Of a stretch of 40,276 nucleotides of DNA, positions 22,491 through 36,250 are shown one piece after another; position 1 is the first letter of the stretch, and every line of letters starts with the position of its first letter. The stretch spans positions 7,692 to 47,967 of the forward strand of contig MU057577.1 of the NCBI GenBank assembly GCA_013265495.1, given 5' to 3'. The notes beneath the pieces were generated by a model. That model was not told where the DNA came from. It did not search any database and saw only the letters and a program-made list of their open reading frames with translations. The translations under genes were made by a program, and so were the position numbers. This DNA is from Vicugna vicugna. Taxonomy: Eukaryota.

Positions 22491-24234
22491 CTCTCAAGGG
22501 CAAGACACTTGTGTGAACTGGTATCCACTCTGATTTGCATTGTCCCCTAAGATTTCTTCCTGACAAACTTGAGCAGTATTCACAAGAAGAGCTCGCTCAG
22601 CAGCGACATCATTGGATGAGATGTCTGTGTTCCCCTGCAGTGGGTAGGAGCCGGTATCCAAGCTTATGGGTGTGGATGCTTCAGTCTCTCTACTTGGGGG
22701 CTGGCCTAGAGCCCAAGGTGTCAGAGCAGGGGAACTGACCCGCTCATATAGTTCAGATGAGCCATCATTGAGGGACAGGAGCCCAGCAGGGAAGCAGACC
22801 ACTGCTGTGTCCCAGAACTCCCCTCCCCCCCAATCTGCCTAACCTTCATCACAGGGTGTGCTGTCCCATCTCTGCAGCCTTTCCATCTCACCCCAAATCA
22901 CATACTCTGATATTTCTTGGACATTGCTTGGCTGTTATCCCTGCATGCCCCCTGGACATTGTGCATTTTCTAGTCTCGGAGTTCAGATTCCCAGGCAATT
23001 ATAAAGGTTTTGGTTGGGTGAGTGGGTCACTGAGGGCTACGGGGTGAGGAATGTGGGCTTTTAAGATTCACTATAGGATTTCACTCAGGTGCCTGACCTG
23101 AAGGCATCCATTTCCTGAAGGGGACTGGGCAGAGGAGGTGCCGGACAGCCTGTGAGGGGTCCGTAGAGTCTAGTAAGTCACTGAGGCATCTCTCATGGAA
23201 GCCAGGGTTCCAGTGTGGCCCTGACTTTGCCCCTCATTTTGCAAGGACCTGGGGACCGGCAAAGGACAAATCACCCAGTCAAGGCCTAGCCGAAGGCAGT
23301 GTTTTTGCCTGGAGCCTGTCAGACCAGGGGTGCTGGCATGGGGGTTGCAAGGGGATGTGGAAGATTTGGTTCTAATGTACCTGTCTCCCTTTCTCTCATC
23401 TTGCCTAGACAGGGTTTCAACAAATAATTTAAGAAGTATACCAAGAAAGAGTATTTAAATGCAATCAAGAAAAGACAAAAAAAAAACCCAAAAAACAAAA
23501 CAAAACAAAACAAGACTCAGTGTAAGGTACAAATTCTTTGCTCTGAGACAGTTCAGACAGTGAGAACAAAATAATGGTTCTGGCTTCACTGTGAGGGGAC
23601 AGCTCCCTGCAGGAAGCTCAGAAGTGAGCGCTTTGGGAAAGTTAACATGCCTGTTGGGACATGACTCCAGGCACAACATTCTTCCCTTCCCAGTGCCCAG
23701 TCTTCTCTTAAATGCCAGCTCTTACACTGAGAGAGTGCTCATTCACTGACTGGCAAGTTACTTTTATTTTGGCTCATTGGTTAGTTTAATGAATATTATT
23801 TTGGTGAAAGAATGCATCTGTCAGCTTAGAGTTGATGGGCCTAAAGCTGCTGTTGAAAAAGACATTCATTTGCTAATTTCTGTTAGTTCTTCCTAACTTC
23901 TAGCATAATAAATGCCATTTGTAAGTTCTAAAAGGGTTAAAATTTTTGCTCCATTTTTGGTTAATAGGGTTAACTGTACACATTTAAAAATACCTTCAAA
24001 TAAATAATTTCTCTTTTCTAACCAAGGTGTCACCTCTGAATACTATTCTTTTCTACACCATTTGAGATGGTTCAAGCTTTTCTCCCTAATGCTTGGTTTA
24101 TTCCTAGGTATTGGCTTCTGTAACAATGAAAATGTGTGATCATAGGCCTGTGTACAATAAAGACGTGGCCATTCCACACATGAAAAAGAGATAAAAATAT
24201 AACTCTGCAGGTTCAAATGAAGCCAGAACAGAAA

Positions 24235-25825
24235 CCAAATTTTTCCTGGCTTTAATCAAAAGCATCACAGCTTTACGATTTCACATGTACAATTTACATG
24301 AATGTATTTGGTTGAAGGCCCAAACTGAAATTTTCATTTCTATATTCTCATCTGTTACTTTAAATTACAGTGTATTTGTAATTATTAATTTGGCTTAAAG
24401 GCAAAGATTCACTGGCAGTTTTCAAAGGCATTAGTTGAAGGGATTTTGAATATTTAATTTATTTATTAAACATACTCATTGTAAAAATAGTATGAATTCA
24501 CACTGAGATTTTCCCATCCTATACAAAATGTTGTGTTTCAAGCACTGTAAATATACTGAACTAAATTCTATTTGATCATAGTAAAAAAAATACTACTTGA
24601 TCATCGTACGACAGTGTAAATATAGAATTTAGTGAGAAGTAAATAAAAAGCATAATTTCAGCTTTCAGATGACTTACATAGAATTAAAATGTTCTTAAAA
24701 TAGCTAGAAGTAGTCTGATTTCACAATAATTTCTTGATATTACACCAGTTATAAGAAGCCAACTTGAGAGATTTTAGCCCAACATGAATCAAGAGAATTT
24801 TCATCATAAATTGTCCCTACACAGGAATGGGGTGCTGTTTTGGCATTCCTAGTTCTCTTTTCTAGAGAAGTCTCAGTGAATAAAGAAGAAATTTATATTT
24901 TTATTATATAACTTATTTTCATTTCAAGTTCTTAAACAACAAAAACTTAACATCAATGTAGGCAATGTTAGTTATGAGGGACTCAGAATAAAGAATACCG
25001 CATCTCTTTCATAGACTGTGACACTTGAAAGTGCTCTAAAAGCACTATGAGTTTGATTAGCAGCAAAGAATTAGCCTGATGGAAACCTCCCTCCTCCCCT
25101 TACATGTGTATGTACGTATACACAAACTATAGGTCAGTATCTTCTATCGGTCCGACTTCAATGCGACAATTATTCTCAGAGACTGTGCAAGGTTACAAAA
25201 ACTGTCTATGCTGTCTTAGAGTTCAAGACCACAAGCACCCAAGTGCTTAAGAGAAAACTAATCATTTAATTAAAGCAAACAAAAAGCTACAAAGTCATAA
25301 AGTGTGTATTTCTTTTAAAAGCAGAAAAATTGAGGGCTCAGTGAATCACCCAATATATTAACTCTTCTGGGTCCTATATTTTTATCTAAAACTATTTTTC
25401 ATACGTGGAAGGCTTGATGCCTTTACATAAATAGTTCCAGCAATTCTAAAAATACAAAATATTCCTTTGAAAAATAGGAAAAATTTTGTTTTGTTTTGAA
25501 AATGGAGAACAGTTCAGCGAGGAGTGGGTTTCCTTCTCACAGATGAATTTTGCAGCATCTTCCCCCAGGAGCACGCTGACAGCTCCGTCATCCTGCATCT
25601 AATTTACCCCCGGGATGTCCTCTTGGAAGGGGCCATGCCGGCACCAAGGCAGGCTAGTCTTCTCTCTTCCACACTCCTCTAGCAGTTCCCCATCCCTAGG
25701 CAGCTTGCAGTAGTGTCTCACGTTGAGAACATGAACTTGACTGGGAAAACCACATCAATTTCAAAATGCAGGATTTTCATCTGTTGGTTGGGTGATTCTT
25801 GGTGCCCCAGGGATAGGAGTGATAA
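24235..25825 (-). other. Probable terminal exon and 3'UTR of an unidentified gene
   Basis: Minus strand branch point and acceptor ctaactctttccacttctgactcttgcag|25825. Phase 2 reads YHSYPWGTKNHPTNR with stop at 25779-25777. About 1.5 kb of AT-rich sequence with no repeat I could recognise leads to ATTAAA (24256-24251) and a GT/T-rich downstream tract. The 3' end is approximate. Confidence 0.5.
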
Positions 25826-27089
25826 CTGCAAGAGTCAGAAGTGGAAAGAGTTAGCTACAGCCTCAAATGTTTTAGTTCACACATTCAATTTCAAAAGCAG
25901 CAGCTCAGGTATATAAGCAAACAAATCACATGGAATCAAAATGTGATTCTAAACAGGACAGAAAGGGGAGATTGTCAGACAGCTGCCTTTTGCTGAAGTT
26001 CACTGCTAACACTGTGTTTCTCCAACTATAAACTCAGTGGGAACTAATAACCTTTTAGAGTGGAAAAATCACCTCTCCAAAGTAGCCTGTATCTTAAATG
26101 CCTATTTCACATGTTTAACAGTTAATTACAGGAAAAATCAATGCAAGCTGATTCTATATACTTATTAAAAAATCTCAACAAATATTTCATTGTCACAAAA
26201 TTAAATGTTAATGCATACCCCTAAGTATACAAGGATGATATGCAGGTCATCTCTTCACTTACAAAACGCTTTTACTCTCACAAACAACGCTGATCAATTC
26301 AGGTGTGCCAGGCAGTAAACTTCCGGTAAGGAAGCGAACTGTTATGTGTGTAACAGATGTAATTAATCAGACAAGCCTGCAAATGATCAGGAATAGAACC
26401 CTCTTGGGGCTGTCCCAGCTTGTTTGAACCTTGTTTCATTTTCTTACACAGCTGTCTTCAGTTCAACTCCATACTACCCCCTCTTCCCAAAGCCATCGTT
26501 CTGGCTAGGGTCCCTCACTGCTGTTTCTGTTTCTGCTACCATTTTTTTTAACAAATGCAGCAGTTTGTGCTTGAGACATTCTCCTACATCTGCTCAAGCC
26601 ATCTTACCATTATTTAAACAGTTCTCAGTAACTTCCCTAAAGACAGGTAATAGCTAGATAATGCCCTTGTCCTGAGACTTAGTTTGAGAATCTCATCTCA
26701 TTATCCCTAACTAAACAGAAACTTCACGATCTAAGCTGAAAATGCACCATATCTTTGCTTAATGCTTTAGCTGTTGCCTCAATGCTTTGTACACATGTGT
26801 CTAAGTTTGAACGGACAGTCTTAAATTGTAAACTTGAGTTATGCAGGAATTAGCATGTAATTCTCTGGCCATGGTGATGAACCAAGATCATAGTATAATA
26901 TTTTGCAATGATGACAATGATGATTAAGAGGATGATGAGAACAGTAGCAGATCTGGATAAATACTGGTGCAGGAGCTAAACAATGCTTCCTATTTCTAAC
27001 TGTTATTTCTCGGCAGGTACTCTCACTTTGTGTTCCAAGTAAAGGATGAAGAATCACTGGGGTGAACAAGGTCAACAGATTACTTTCCT

Positions 27090-27270
27090 ACAGTGCACTT
27101 CAAAGTCTTTAATATATTAATAAATGTTAACATTCTCCAAAAATGGAACAACATACACTCAAGAGTTTCCCAAATATATTTGGTCACGGAACTTTATTTT
27201 TCAGGGAGCATCTATTAACATCTTCGAGGATATTGGCTATTTACAAAACCTATTTGGGAAAATACACTCT
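27090..27270. mobile_element. Old hAT-Charlie-type MER element
   Basis: gtttcccaaatatatttggtcacggaac...gagcatctattaacatct...tttgggaaa with inverted tttcccaaa/tttgggaaa. Subfamily uncertain. Confidence 0.5.
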
Positions 27271-28699
27271 ACTGATACTAAGTAATAATTCTAAATACCT
27301 CTATATGTCCTGTGATGTTTAGCATCCTCTATCTTTGACTATGGATAAATCATTACTGTCACAGCTGATCTGATTCATATTTGGAATTATGTGTGTTTTC
27401 AGCTTGGGAAGTGTTAGGTGCCTATGTAGAGCCTGATTTACTTCTTGGAAATTAACTGGGAACACCAGTGAACAAGTAATGGCTTTAAGCACAACCATGG
27501 GTTATTTTTACTAGTAAACCATGAAAACTCACTCCCAGTGATATATCCTATCTTTGATATTAGAAACTGAAGAGGGAATGTCACAGCCATGTGGCTCTTT
27601 AAATGGATTATTCATTTTAACTTGGAGCATTTTAAGAAAATTTCATGTCATAACCATCATATATTGCTTTAACTTGATCATTAAATTCATGTCTTCACAT
27701 TGTATTCACAATTCTGAATATAACTAAATAATTTCACCTTCATTATTAAGCATCTTATTGTCTATTTACCATAGTAAGAAAATCTGCAATGTCTTTTAAT
27801 ACAGGAATGTGTCTTGGAAAGTGGTAGTAGTATTTGATTTTTTTAAATCTCAGTAATAATAGAATTCAAAAGAATAACCATACATTTCAAAGAAAGACTG
27901 AAATTATTATTTCTAAAAAAGGAAAAATAAGCCCTCTTGTAAGAGCCTCTCTTAGTTCCTTACACTGATACTTAGTTGATTCTCTGCAAAAATTTGAAGA
28001 CAGTCATAGCCCATGATCCCGAGACTCTGAGAAAATGCAGATGCAACAGTGGTAAGTATGATTTTTGCCCCACCACAAGCAAGGGCACTTGAAATAAGAA
28101 GTTGCCAAAAGTCAAGAACAGAGACACTCACACCATCCGTGGAAGGCTGAATGTATTCAGATCGAGAATAGAAAATGAATGATCCAAATCCATCCAGGAC
28201 TGTGGGAGCAGGTGATGATGGAGAGGGTGATTTCTATTAACAATATGCCTGCATTTCTCTGAAGTTACAAATCACAGCAGAACTAAACTTACAAAGGTAG
28301 AATTTTGGAAATACATTGTCAAGCCAAAAGAACAAGCAGTTGAATATGCTTATGTGTGATTCATAAGAATAACTTGTTGAAACAGAAGAGAAAAAAAGTC
28401 TGGAGACTGAATTAATGCCGAAGAATCTAATTTCCATATAATGACCATAACAGGGTGTTTTCAAGACCACTTTCTCTGGGAAAGACTTTGTGAATAATTT
28501 AAATAGTGGTAACCAGATAGCTTCATCAGCTGGACAGAAAGGTTGTATCTCCAGGCAGAAAAGGCCACTTTGGGACAGCAGAATCTACAGGCCTCCTAAA
28601 GCAACTTTAGCCGTACAGGATGTGTAAGTGGTGGCTCACCGTCGATCTGATAATTCAGTTACCAGTGGGCTCCTTGACAGTGTCCAGAGATAATTCATT

Positions 28700-29075
28700 T
28701 ATAGTAGACACTGGCAGCACCCATATCCCCTCATTCAAACCCCTTCAAAATATGCTGGGCTGACTTCCAACCGCCAGCATCTGCATTCCATTTCCTGAGG
28801 ATTTCATTGCCCTGTAGAATCTGCTTTGCCCACACTTAGAGGAGGCCAAAATGCCAGGAAACTAATGTCCTCTGGGGAAAGAGGCCTCCAACAAGGGCTG
28901 ATGGGAATCAGAGATCAGGATCCCAGCTCCCTCAGTCCTGGAGCACACAGATACCCAGTGGGTTCAAGTTCAATTGTGGTTCAATTACCAAAATGGCAAT
29001 TTGCTTGAAAATGAAATCTTCACTGAGTTCTTCAATACTTACCAGAGTTTTCTGGGATTGCCTCTCAAATAGATT
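28700..29075 (+). mobile_element. LTR16-type (ERVL) solo LTR
   Basis: cccatatcccctc, ctgacttccaaccgccagcatctgcat, cccagctccctc and ttttctgggattgcctctcaaata match recalled LTR16 consensus blocks in order. Confidence 0.65.
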
Positions 29076-29600
29076 AATGTAAAAGCAGCTTTTGGAAGGA
29101 AAGAGCTCTCTGCAGGAGGTCCCTTTGTCTGGTCAGTAACCTTAAATCAGGCACCCCCATGCCCTGCTCAACCCCAGCCCTAGAGCACCTTTCAAATCTT
29201 TTGATCACACAATACCTTGTCTAACATGTTGGTTGCTTCCTAGATCAAAGAAGTAGAAATGGAGACAAAGTAATCAACAGATGACAAGATCTCTTTCCTA
29301 GCTTCCGCTTCAGTCATCTTATGAACAAACTATATGAACAAGATGGCGTCTAAAAAAATCACAAGAGGTAGACAAGCCTGCATATTGGGGGGGAGGGGAG
29401 AGAAATGACTCTGACCCCCATCTCAATGATTTAACTGAGGTCACTTTCTTTTTCCCTAGAGAACATTCATGATCGAGCAGACTCTTTGGAGTTGTTTTTT
29501 GTAGACAATACAATNNNNNNNNNNNNNNNNNNNNNNNNNNNNNNNNNNNNNNNNNNNNNNNNNNNNNNNNNNNNNNNNNNNNNNNNNNNNNNNNNNNNNN

Positions 29601-29620
29601 CGGCGAGCTGCCTGAGTTTG
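29601..29620 (+). pseudogene. DUXC: 3' end of a second DUXC-like exon 3 with its donor
   Basis: GGC GAG CTG CCT GAG TTT G|gtaaca (GELPEF) aligns with VHDPEF|gtaaca in copy A and is followed by the same intron sequence. Confidence 0.7.
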
Positions 29621-30067
29621 GTAACAGATTTTGACGCCCAAAGTGGAGCTGCACTCTCTCGGTGGTCAGGGTCCTCTGGGCTTCCTTCTTGCAGCTTCTG
29701 GTGGTGGAAACACACAGGGTCGAGTGTGAAGAGCCAGCCGCCTGTGGCAAGCTGGCTAGAAGGGAGTTCTCAGGAAAGTCCAAGCAGTTGCTGGAAATGT
29801 TCCTCCTGGGGATTCTGTCCATGTGTCCCCTGCCCAGCACTGGCTGCCAGTTTTCACTTAAGGTTGGTGGGGATCAATTCTAAGTTCTAAACTGAACTTT
29901 AATATTTGAAAGCAAACCCTGGATCTCACCTGTTAGAAGTAAAATTGTAATACCCACTTTCCTCTAGGACTTCTTCAATCACAGTCTAAAATGGAAAAAG
30001 AAATCAGGTTAGTACTGAATTGAAAGCAACAAAATAGAAACATTTAGAGGCGCTGCAGAAACCTCAC

Positions 30068-30120
30068 CTGCATCTGTTCATACGTGATGGCCTCCTCCAG
30101 ATCAAAGCTGGTGGGTAGAC
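30068..30120 (-). pseudogene. 53-nt exon remnant of an unidentified gene (copy B)
   Basis: Same splice sites as copy A. Reads VYPPALIWRRPSRMNRC (phase 0) or GLPTSFDLEEAITYEQMQ (phase 1). Confidence 0.55.
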
Positions 30121-31142
30121 CTGAAATAGACAAATTATTGCAAGTCTGGCACTTGGTTCATTTTTTTTTTTAGTTGGATTATATTGGCAATTATAAGCGG
30201 GCAGTGAAAATGGTCAATTTCTTAATGATGAAGATGAGTACTTAGAAACACATTCCAAATTATCTTGGCTTTGAATACTCAGATGCTTTGTTTCTCTTCC
30301 TTTAATAGCTTTCCACTTTTGGGGTGGCCATCAAAAAATAATTCTCAAGATATAAAGGCATTGGATAAACTGGTCAATTAACTTGTGTGTGTGTGTGTGT
30401 GTGTGTGGGTGTGTGTGTGTGTGTCTTATGAACAGGAAAGGAGTGACTCTAAACACAGTACCTGAAAGTTAAAGAAAAGATTAAGAAACTCTCCCTCATC
30501 CACAAGACAAAAAGAGTGGAAATGTACTAGCAAGGATAAATTCTTAGTAGAGGAAGGAATAGCCAGTGAACCACAACAAAGATCTGACCCCTGCCATTGG
30601 CTGCCAGGAGGGAAATAAAATACATTTAAAGCTAGAGGACAAGATTTCTTTTCCTGTTTAGTCTGAGTATGATATGTCACTGCTTAACCTACTCTGGTGC
30701 CACCCAAAGCAGTGTTGACCATATTCCACTCTAATCAATCAACACGTAGAGGCCAGGAGCTCCCCTCACACTCAGGAGAGAGAAGAGAACAGGTTGAAGG
30801 CTGAGGGGAGGCGTGAGGATGTGAATCCTGGCAGTGTGCTTTTTAAGCCTGGCTTAAAGCCAAAAGTACTTCATGGTTCTGCTGTCTTCCCTTCTGCCCA
30901 GCCTGCTGTGACAAGGGACACACTCAGTCTGCTCTGTGGTGATGTGTCCAGCTTCTGCAAAAGTCTGTCAAGTCCCTCTCTGACCACTGAGAGATTTTAA
31001 CCAGAGCTCTTCCCTCAACGGAGCTGCTGCTGTGAAAATTCTGGCCTGTGACTGACTGACTTGCCCTGGGAGATACTTTTAAAAGTAGTGACTTTTCCAT
31101 TCTGAGTCTGTTTCTGTTTTGTAAATAAGTTCAGCTGTCTTA

Positions 31143-31730
31143 TTTTCTTTTTAGATTCCACATACATTTGATGTCATGTGGTATTTGTCTTTCTCTCTCT
31201 GACTTACTTCACTTATTATGACAATCTCTAGTTCCATCAATGATGCTACAAATGGCATTATTTTAAATTCTTTTTTATGGCTGAGTAGTATTCCATTGTG
31301 TATGTATGCCACATTATATTAAGTGAAGTCAGTCAGAGAAAGACAAATGTTGTATGGTATCATTTATATGTGGAATCTAAAAAATTATACAAATATTTGC
31401 AGAACAGAAACAGACTCACAGACACAGAAAACAAACTTATGGTTACCAAAGGTGAAAGGCTGGGGGGAGGGATAAATTAGGAGTATGGGATTAACACATA
31501 CACACTACTGTATATAAAATAAACAACAAGGATTTACCGTACAACATTGGGAACTATAGTCAATATCTTCTAAATCTATAAAAGGAAAAGAATCTGAAAA
31601 GGAATATATAATATATATTCAGATATATATATACATATCATATAATATATATATATATCTGAATCACTTTGCTGTACACCTGAAACTAACACAATATTGC
31701 AAATCAATGATACTCCAATTAAGAAATAAA
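31143..31730. mobile_element. Two oppositely oriented L1 3' fragments (copy B)
   Basis: Same as copy A but ungapped, with the junction near 31312. Confidence 0.85.
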
Positions 31731-33344
31731 TGAAAGCAAATGAGTTTAGACAACAGTATGTCTGATCTTATACATTTCTCAGGGGCTATTTTAAATGAAA
31801 ATCTGCCTGCCCAGATTAGCTTTATCCCAGGAATCCAAGTCTTGGGGAAAGTCTGATAATTATTATATGAAATGATCTGCCTAAGGTAGGCACCAACAAA
31901 AGCACACCAGCAATGAGCGATGTTCTTGGATGAGGAAATGGCAGGTTTTCATTTAACCCTAAAAGGTTCACATCTGTTTCTGCCCCACTGAGGGACCTAA
32001 CTGTAGTTTACAGGGATTCAAAAATTATGCAGGAATTCTACAGCCTCAGAGTAGCCTGAAGATTTCTTCTGAGAGTCACACGTAATTAGGAGAGTTACAG
32101 TATGCTCAGCCCGTAGGCATACTTGCTAAGCGTTTGTTATGTATTTACATTGATCCTTGCAGTAATCCTAAAATGCACGTAACATTTTTATCCCCATGTT
32201 ACAGGCAAGGAAACTGGGGTTCAGTGAGGTCAAATGGTTTGCTCAAGGTCAGCTACTATGTGACTGAGCTGAGATTTGAACCTAGGCTTCTAGGTTCACA
32301 GAGTGTGCACATTTAATCCCTAAGTTACATTGCCTCCCTATGTGAAATTTCTCCAAAAAAGAAAAAAAAATTAAATACGTTTGATGTGAAAAAATTAAAT
32401 TGATGTGATTCTTCAGGTATGTTTCAAATTTTCTGTTTTATTCAAACTCTTCCCTTTCTGCTTTTTATCTCCCCGGATGCTCTTGGGCATTTGATTTACC
32501 ATCATCAGATAAGAAGTGATAAAAGGAAATACAATTTAACCACATGGATTCTGTTTGCTTCTGGCATTAATTAATGATCATGGAAGCTGTCCCACGTAGG
32601 TAAAGTAAATCTCAGGGAATTGCCAGTCTCCTACTGCACGTCCCTCTCAACTACCATCATGGATTACAGATATAAGATCTATTTTTATTTTAAATTGATT
32701 ATAATCTTTTGAGGATAGCTGTTGATCCAAACTGTTTTTTTTCTTTCTTTTTTTTTTAATAGAGTTATAGTCAGTTTACAAAGTTGTGTCAGTTTCTGGT
32801 GTGCAGCACAATTCTTCAGTCATACATGAATATATATATATTATTCCTTTTCATATTCTTTTCCACTGTAAGCTACTACAAGATCTTGAATGTATTTCCT
32901 TGTGTTATATACAATGAAATACTACTCAGCCATAAAAAAACATAATGCCATTTGCAGTAACATGGATGTCCCTAGAGAATGTCATTCTAAGTGAAGTAAG
33001 CCAGAAAGAGAAAGAAAAATACCAAACAATCTGTTTCTTCATGAAAGCCAGATTCCTGTGTTGAAGACCATTACCTGTTGAGTTATTTGGGGACAGGCTG
33101 TGTTCCCTTGAAGAATGATGCAATAAATGGTAATCCGCTGTGAAAAAGCTGGGCTCAATTGGTTCTGGAGATCCCTGAGATAACTGAAACAGAAAAAGTA
33201 AAACTGCATCTTATTTCACATTCAGAGTGAAGTCACATGAGATCTCCGTGCGTGTCTCTGCAAGAGGGACCGGGGCTCTTCGGCTGTCAATCCCTCTGAC
33301 ACAGATAAAGACCCATCTTCTTCCTTTCAAAAGGACTTTTAAGA

Positions 33345-33484
33345 GGGGAGGGTGTAGCTCAGGGGGTAGAGCGCATACTAAGCATGCATGAGGTCCTGGG
33401 TTCAAGCCCTGGTAACTCCTCTAAGTATAAGCAAGTAAATAAATGAAACTACCTCCCCCAACCACCCTCCCCACCGTCCAGAAA
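33345..33484 (+). mobile_element. tRNA-derived SINE, camelid type (copy B)
   Basis: Equivalent position in the duplication, with TSD aaaaggactt(t/a)taa. Confidence 0.85.
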
Positions 33485-35389
33485 AAAGGACTTATAAATT
33501 AGAGGCAGGCAAATTACAGTGAAAGCAAGCAGACAGTTCGCTGGTCAGGTGAAACACACACACACACACACCCTACACTTTACAGTCTTATGAGAATAAA
33601 CTTAAAATGGATAGAAAAATAATGGCGTGGGGTCTGCAATACCAAAATGTTATTTTTATCAGGTGTGGGAGGAATAAACTCCAATTATTCAACAGAACAT
33701 TATGTATAGAGCAAATGTATACTTTGTCATGTATCTGCTTTGAAAATGCCTTCTTGCCTGGCCAAGGCAAACATGTTTTTTAATGGATCTTTCTCAGTCA
33801 CCATTAATTAATTTTAATCTCCACAAATTAATTCTCAACATTGCAAAGGAAAGAGTAATTCACTAAAAGCCAGAATTTATTAAAGTTCCAATCATTTAAT
33901 TCCCCTCTATATAGCTGAATTTTTTAATGAAATTTTCAACTTCCTTTCAACTTTCATTTTAACCAGCACTTGGGCTGGCCAAGTTTTGTGTCTGTGTAAT
34001 ACAATTACTTTAAAAATGTTGATTTATATTAACAAACCAGAATCAAAAGGAACAATTTAGACTATGCCACAGTAGTTACCTTGGATTCATATTCTCTGTT
34101 CATTAAATAAGGAAGTTTGAAATGAGGTGCTGAGATCTAAACTTGCACATAGAAGGATGCTAAAGCTATGAAGACCAACGTGATTTTTTAAATTATTTTT
34201 TAAAATAACTTTATTGTGGTATCATTTCTGTACAGTAAACTACACATATTTCAAACGTACACTTTGATGAATTTTGACAGATGGATACACCGAGGAAACC
34301 GTCACCACCTACCATTCCCATCACTCCCTGAGAGGGGCAAACTTCCAACTCCCAATTTATCCCTTCTCACCCCCTTTACCAGCATGGTTTTCAGAAGCTC
34401 TGCAGAGGGCCCACTGGAGCTGAACTTCAAAGGCTGGATTTGGGTGGACACAAGGAAGCCAAGTGGACGTTCCAGGTGGGAGGACTTCGAGGGCGGAGGC
34501 AGCTGGGCGTTTTAGGGGCAGAGTGATACAGGGCTAGGACGTTAACCCCATGTTCTGGAGGCACGGGGATTTAGGCTGAAGAGAGGAAGGCAAGTGCTGT
34601 TCATTCATTCAGGGAGTATTTTTTTAAACCAACCCTTGTGTTCCCATGCATAGATCCAAGCTACGAAAACCACCAATGGTGGCCACAAACCGTATTCTTG
34701 GAGCTGACTGCCTAATTAGGGAAAAATGTGTCTGTGAAATACCCGCCTGGATATATGTAAAATTGCAACTGAGCTGAATGCACTGAAGGCCAGGGCGGTG
34801 GTTCTAGGAGGTCACAGATAGACATAACTGAGACAGAGAAGGCTTTCCTGAAATAATGCTTCTGCTGAGAGACAGAATAATGAGCAAGAGTGAGTAAAGG
34901 ACGGAGTGGGCAGAACATCACGGGCAGAGGAAAGAGCATCTGCAGGTTGGGATGGAAGCAGCATGGTAGGTGGGCCCTGTGGCCAGGAAGGAGACAGCAA
35001 AGGGTGAGAGTGGTACAAGGTGAGGGTGGGGAGAGGGGTTCAGGCTTGGACCAAACAGGACATGAACATCATGGTGAGAATTTTAGCATTTTATACTCAG
35101 ACCCATGAAAAGTGTGTGTGTGTGTGTCTGTGTGTGTGCATGTGTGTGTGTGAGATAGAGAGAGAGAGAGAGAGACATGACCACATTCTGTTTTAAAAGG
35201 ATCACTCTGGATGCAATATATACGTAACAGTCTGAATGGGGCTGGGGCCGTGGGGTGAATGCAGACAGATCATGAGGAGGCACCTGCAGAGAGCAGAGGC
35301 CGAGGCAGCTGAACCCGGAGTTAGATGGGGAGGCAGGAAACTGGAAGCAAGTGATTAAGAACACTGCCAACGTCTGGCAAAACCGACTG

Positions 35390-36250
35390 GAAAAGAAATC
35401 CAGATGGCTGAGAAGCGCATGAAAAGATGCTCAGCATAACCAATTGATAGAGAAATGCATATCAAAACTATGATGAGGTATCACCTCATACCGGTCAGAA
35501 TGGCCATCGTTCAAAAGTTCACAAATGACAAATGCTGGAGAGGGTGTGGAGAAAAGGGAATGCTCCTTCACTGCTGGTGGGAATGTAGTTTGGTGCAGCC
35601 ACTGTGGAAAACAGTATGGAGATTCCTCAAAAGACTAGGAATAGACCTACCATATGATGTATTAATCCCACTCCTGGGCATATATCTGGAGGAAAATAGA
35701 ATTCAAAAAGACACGTGCACCCCAATTTTCACAGCACCACTATTTACAATAGCCAAGACATGGAAAGAACACCAATGTCCATCGACAGATGACTGGATAA
35801 AGAAGCTGTGGTATATTTACACAACAGAAAACTATGCAGCCATAAAAAGAAAAATAATGCCATTTGCAGCAACATAGATGGACCTGGAGAATGTCATTCT
35901 AAGTGAGGCCAGAAAGAGAAAGAAAAATGCTGCATGATATCACTTATATGTAGAATCTAAAAAAAAAAAAAGACATGAATGAACTTTTCTACAAAACAGA
36001 AACAGACTCACAGACATAGAGAACAAACTTACAGTTACCAAGGGTTAAAGTGGGTGGGAAGGGATAAATTGGGATTTTGAAAATTGCACCTCTTGGGGAG
36101 TGCTGGATATGTTAACAATATGTTAACTGAGTGTGGCAGTAGTTTCATGGGTGTAGACATCTATCAAAATTCATCAAAGTGTACATCTGAAATATGTGTA
36201 GTTTACTGTATAGGAACCATATCACAATAAAAGTTGTTTTTTAAAAAACA
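35390..36250 (+). mobile_element. LINE-1 ORF2 3' end joined to an older L1 3'UTR (copy B)
   Basis: ORF 35455-35877 is the L1 ORF2 C-terminus (RYHLIPVRMA...[17 protein letters not shown]). Confidence 0.92.

Noticed and set aside
21521..22566. Several long ORFs (up to 281 aa) over the CpG island
   Set aside because: Stop-poor GC-rich frames. Only the MAPK1 exon 1 frame has recognisable homology.
28640..28710. Minus-strand donor CG|gtgagc in phase with the 25825 terminal exon
   Set aside because: No credible acceptor, and the upstream sequence runs into the LTR16 element.
30728..30745. TAATCAATCA resembling a DUX binding site (similar at ~26360)
   Set aside because: One base short of the 11-bp TAAYYYAATCA spacing and not kept in copy A.
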